The position numbers and the translations under genes are program-made. Under the pieces are notes generated by a model. That model made no database searches. It saw nothing but the letters and a program-made list of their open reading frames with translations, and had not been told where the DNA came from. 17,217 nucleotides of DNA from Methanocellales archaeon (GTDB lineage: Archaea > Halobacteriota > JAWCLZ01), in NCBI GenBank assembly GCA_038850285.1, contig JAWCMA010000006.1, forward strand, positions 36,917 to 54,133, read 5' to 3'. The first letter of the stretch is position 1; each line of letters opens with the position of its first letter. Of the stretch, positions 16,283-17,217 are shown one piece after another.

Positions 16283-16288
16283 ATAATT

Positions 16289-16438
16289 ATGGCAAAGACA
16301 TATAGATGCCAAGGATGTGGATTTGAAATTCGCACAGGGCCATATGCTTGGATGCTTGAAATTGAAGAGGAACTGGAGAAAACAGGTAAACTGCTCTGCC
16401 CCCGCTGTAGAAAGAGCAATATGGTAGAGGGGGAGTGA
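16289..16438 (+). CDS. Small CxxC...CPxC zinc-ribbon/rubredoxin-like protein (49 aa)
   Basis: MAKTYRCQGCGF...LLCPRCRK has two Cys pairs. Stop is 7 nt before the next ATG. Confidence 0.75.
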   Translation: MAKTYRCQGCGFEIRTGPYAWMLEIEEELEKTGKLLCPRCRKSNMVEGE

Positions 16439-16445
16439 GGAAAAA

Positions 16446-16928
16446 ATGAGTAAGAAAACTTGGCAAGAAAAATTAATGAATACCAAAGGGCTACCTAAAG
16501 TGGAGATAATCAGCTCTAAAATGGCTAGTAAATGGGGGACTAAAGCAGGGGATACCTTGGTAATTCCTGCACCAATTGAGGTTGATGCGATTATGAGAAA
16601 AGTTCCAAATGGAAAGCTTATTACTATTAATGAAATCCGTAGAGCACTCGCCAAGAAGCACGCTGCCACAATTGCTTGCCCAATTACCACTGGGATTTTC
16701 GCTCGCATTGCCGCTGGAGCTGCGGAAGAAGCAAGGATAAAAGGAAAAAACAAGGAAGATATAACCCCCTACTGGCGAACGCTAAAGGCAGGTGGAGTGA
16801 TAAATGAAAAATACCCAGGCGGGGTAGAGGTTCAGAAGAAACTTTTAGAGCAAGAGGGACATAGAGTTATCCAAAAGGGCAAAAAATATTTGGTTGCTGA
16901 TTTTGAAAAATACTTAGTAAATTTATAA
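16446..16928 (+). CDS. MGMT DNA-binding-domain family protein (alkyltransferase-like, no PCHR cysteine)
   Basis: IMRKVPNGKLITINEIRRALA (HTH start), TPYWRTL at the PCHRV position, QKKLLEQEG C-terminal motif. Confidence 0.75.
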   Translation: MSKKTWQEKLMNTKGLPKVEIISSKMASKWGTKAGDTLVIPAPIEVDAIMRKVPNGKLITINEIRRALAKKHAATIACPITTGIFARIAAGAAEEARIKGKNKEDITPYWRTLKAGGVINEKYPGGVEVQKKLLEQEGHRVIQKGKKYLVADFEKYLVNL

Positions 16929-17064
16929 AAGCTCTTTACTATAGAGAAGTTTTTTCAAAAAGCTCTTCCAAGGCTATTTAGCTCTAGAGGAAATAAAATG
17001 ACGCGTAAGGAACTTTCTCCTCCTTCACTTAAGCCTTGCTGGCTGGTGAATAATAGCGCTAGTA

Positions 17065-17101
17065 AGAAGATAGAAGATAGAAGATAGAAAATAGAAAATA
17101 G
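17065..17101. repeat. Heptamer tandem repeat (AGAAGAT)3(AGAAAAT)2
   Basis: Units at 17065, 17072, 17079, 17086 and 17093, read directly from the sequence. Confidence 0.9.
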
Positions 17102-17217
17102 CTATTTAAAAGAAGAGTGATTACTATTAACTATCACTAATTTGCCTCTAATCATTCTAATATTATGTTTGTGAATAACTGCATAGCTATGGTTAGGAAG
17201 AGCAAGGCTATGCAGAG

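Noticed and set aside
16202-16288. Upstream extension of the CxxC ORF
   Set aside because: It overlaps the cdhE end and the T-rich terminator. ATG 16289 gives a typical small metal-binding protein.
7700-16753. Numerous antisense and alternate-frame ORFs over the cdh genes and neighbours (e.g. 9989-10417, 13476-13811, 14364-14576, 16253-16753)
   Set aside because: They overlap well-supported genes, have no recognisable motifs, and are typical shadow ORFs.
1-17217. CRISPR array, tRNA/rRNA, transposase, integrase or defence system
   Set aside because: No repeat-spacer periodicity, RNA gene signature or mobile-element protein motif was seen. All repeats found are short tandem units without spacers.

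Overview
Archaeal window, AT-rich. The gene set (Hel308, DUF2240, Cdh-type ACDS, a Methanocella-style histidine kinase) suggests a Halobacteriota/methanogen-related lineage, which is an inference. The left half holds housekeeping and accessory genes: a truncated hypothetical, DUF2240, a sensor-less histidine kinase, an EamA transporter, Hel308 helicase, a thioesterase, a GNAT, an amidohydrolase, a small ORF and hisI. The right half is a complete acetyl-CoA decarbonylase/synthase (CODH/ACS) operon, cdhA-cdhB-cdhC-orf74-cooC-orf71-cdhD-cdhE, followed by a CxxC micro-protein and an MGMT/ATL-like gene. The most striking signal is two embedded micro-genes that look like free-standing ACDS terminal modules. 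orf74 carries the Ala/Pro linker and terminal strand normally fused to CdhC, while CdhC here ends in a different small helical domain. orf71 is an apparently selected duplicate of the CdhD N-terminus. CdhA also lacks both D-cluster cysteines, and a repeated quasi-palindromic operator candidate lies upstream of the operon. All family calls come from motif recognition by eye; no database searches were run.
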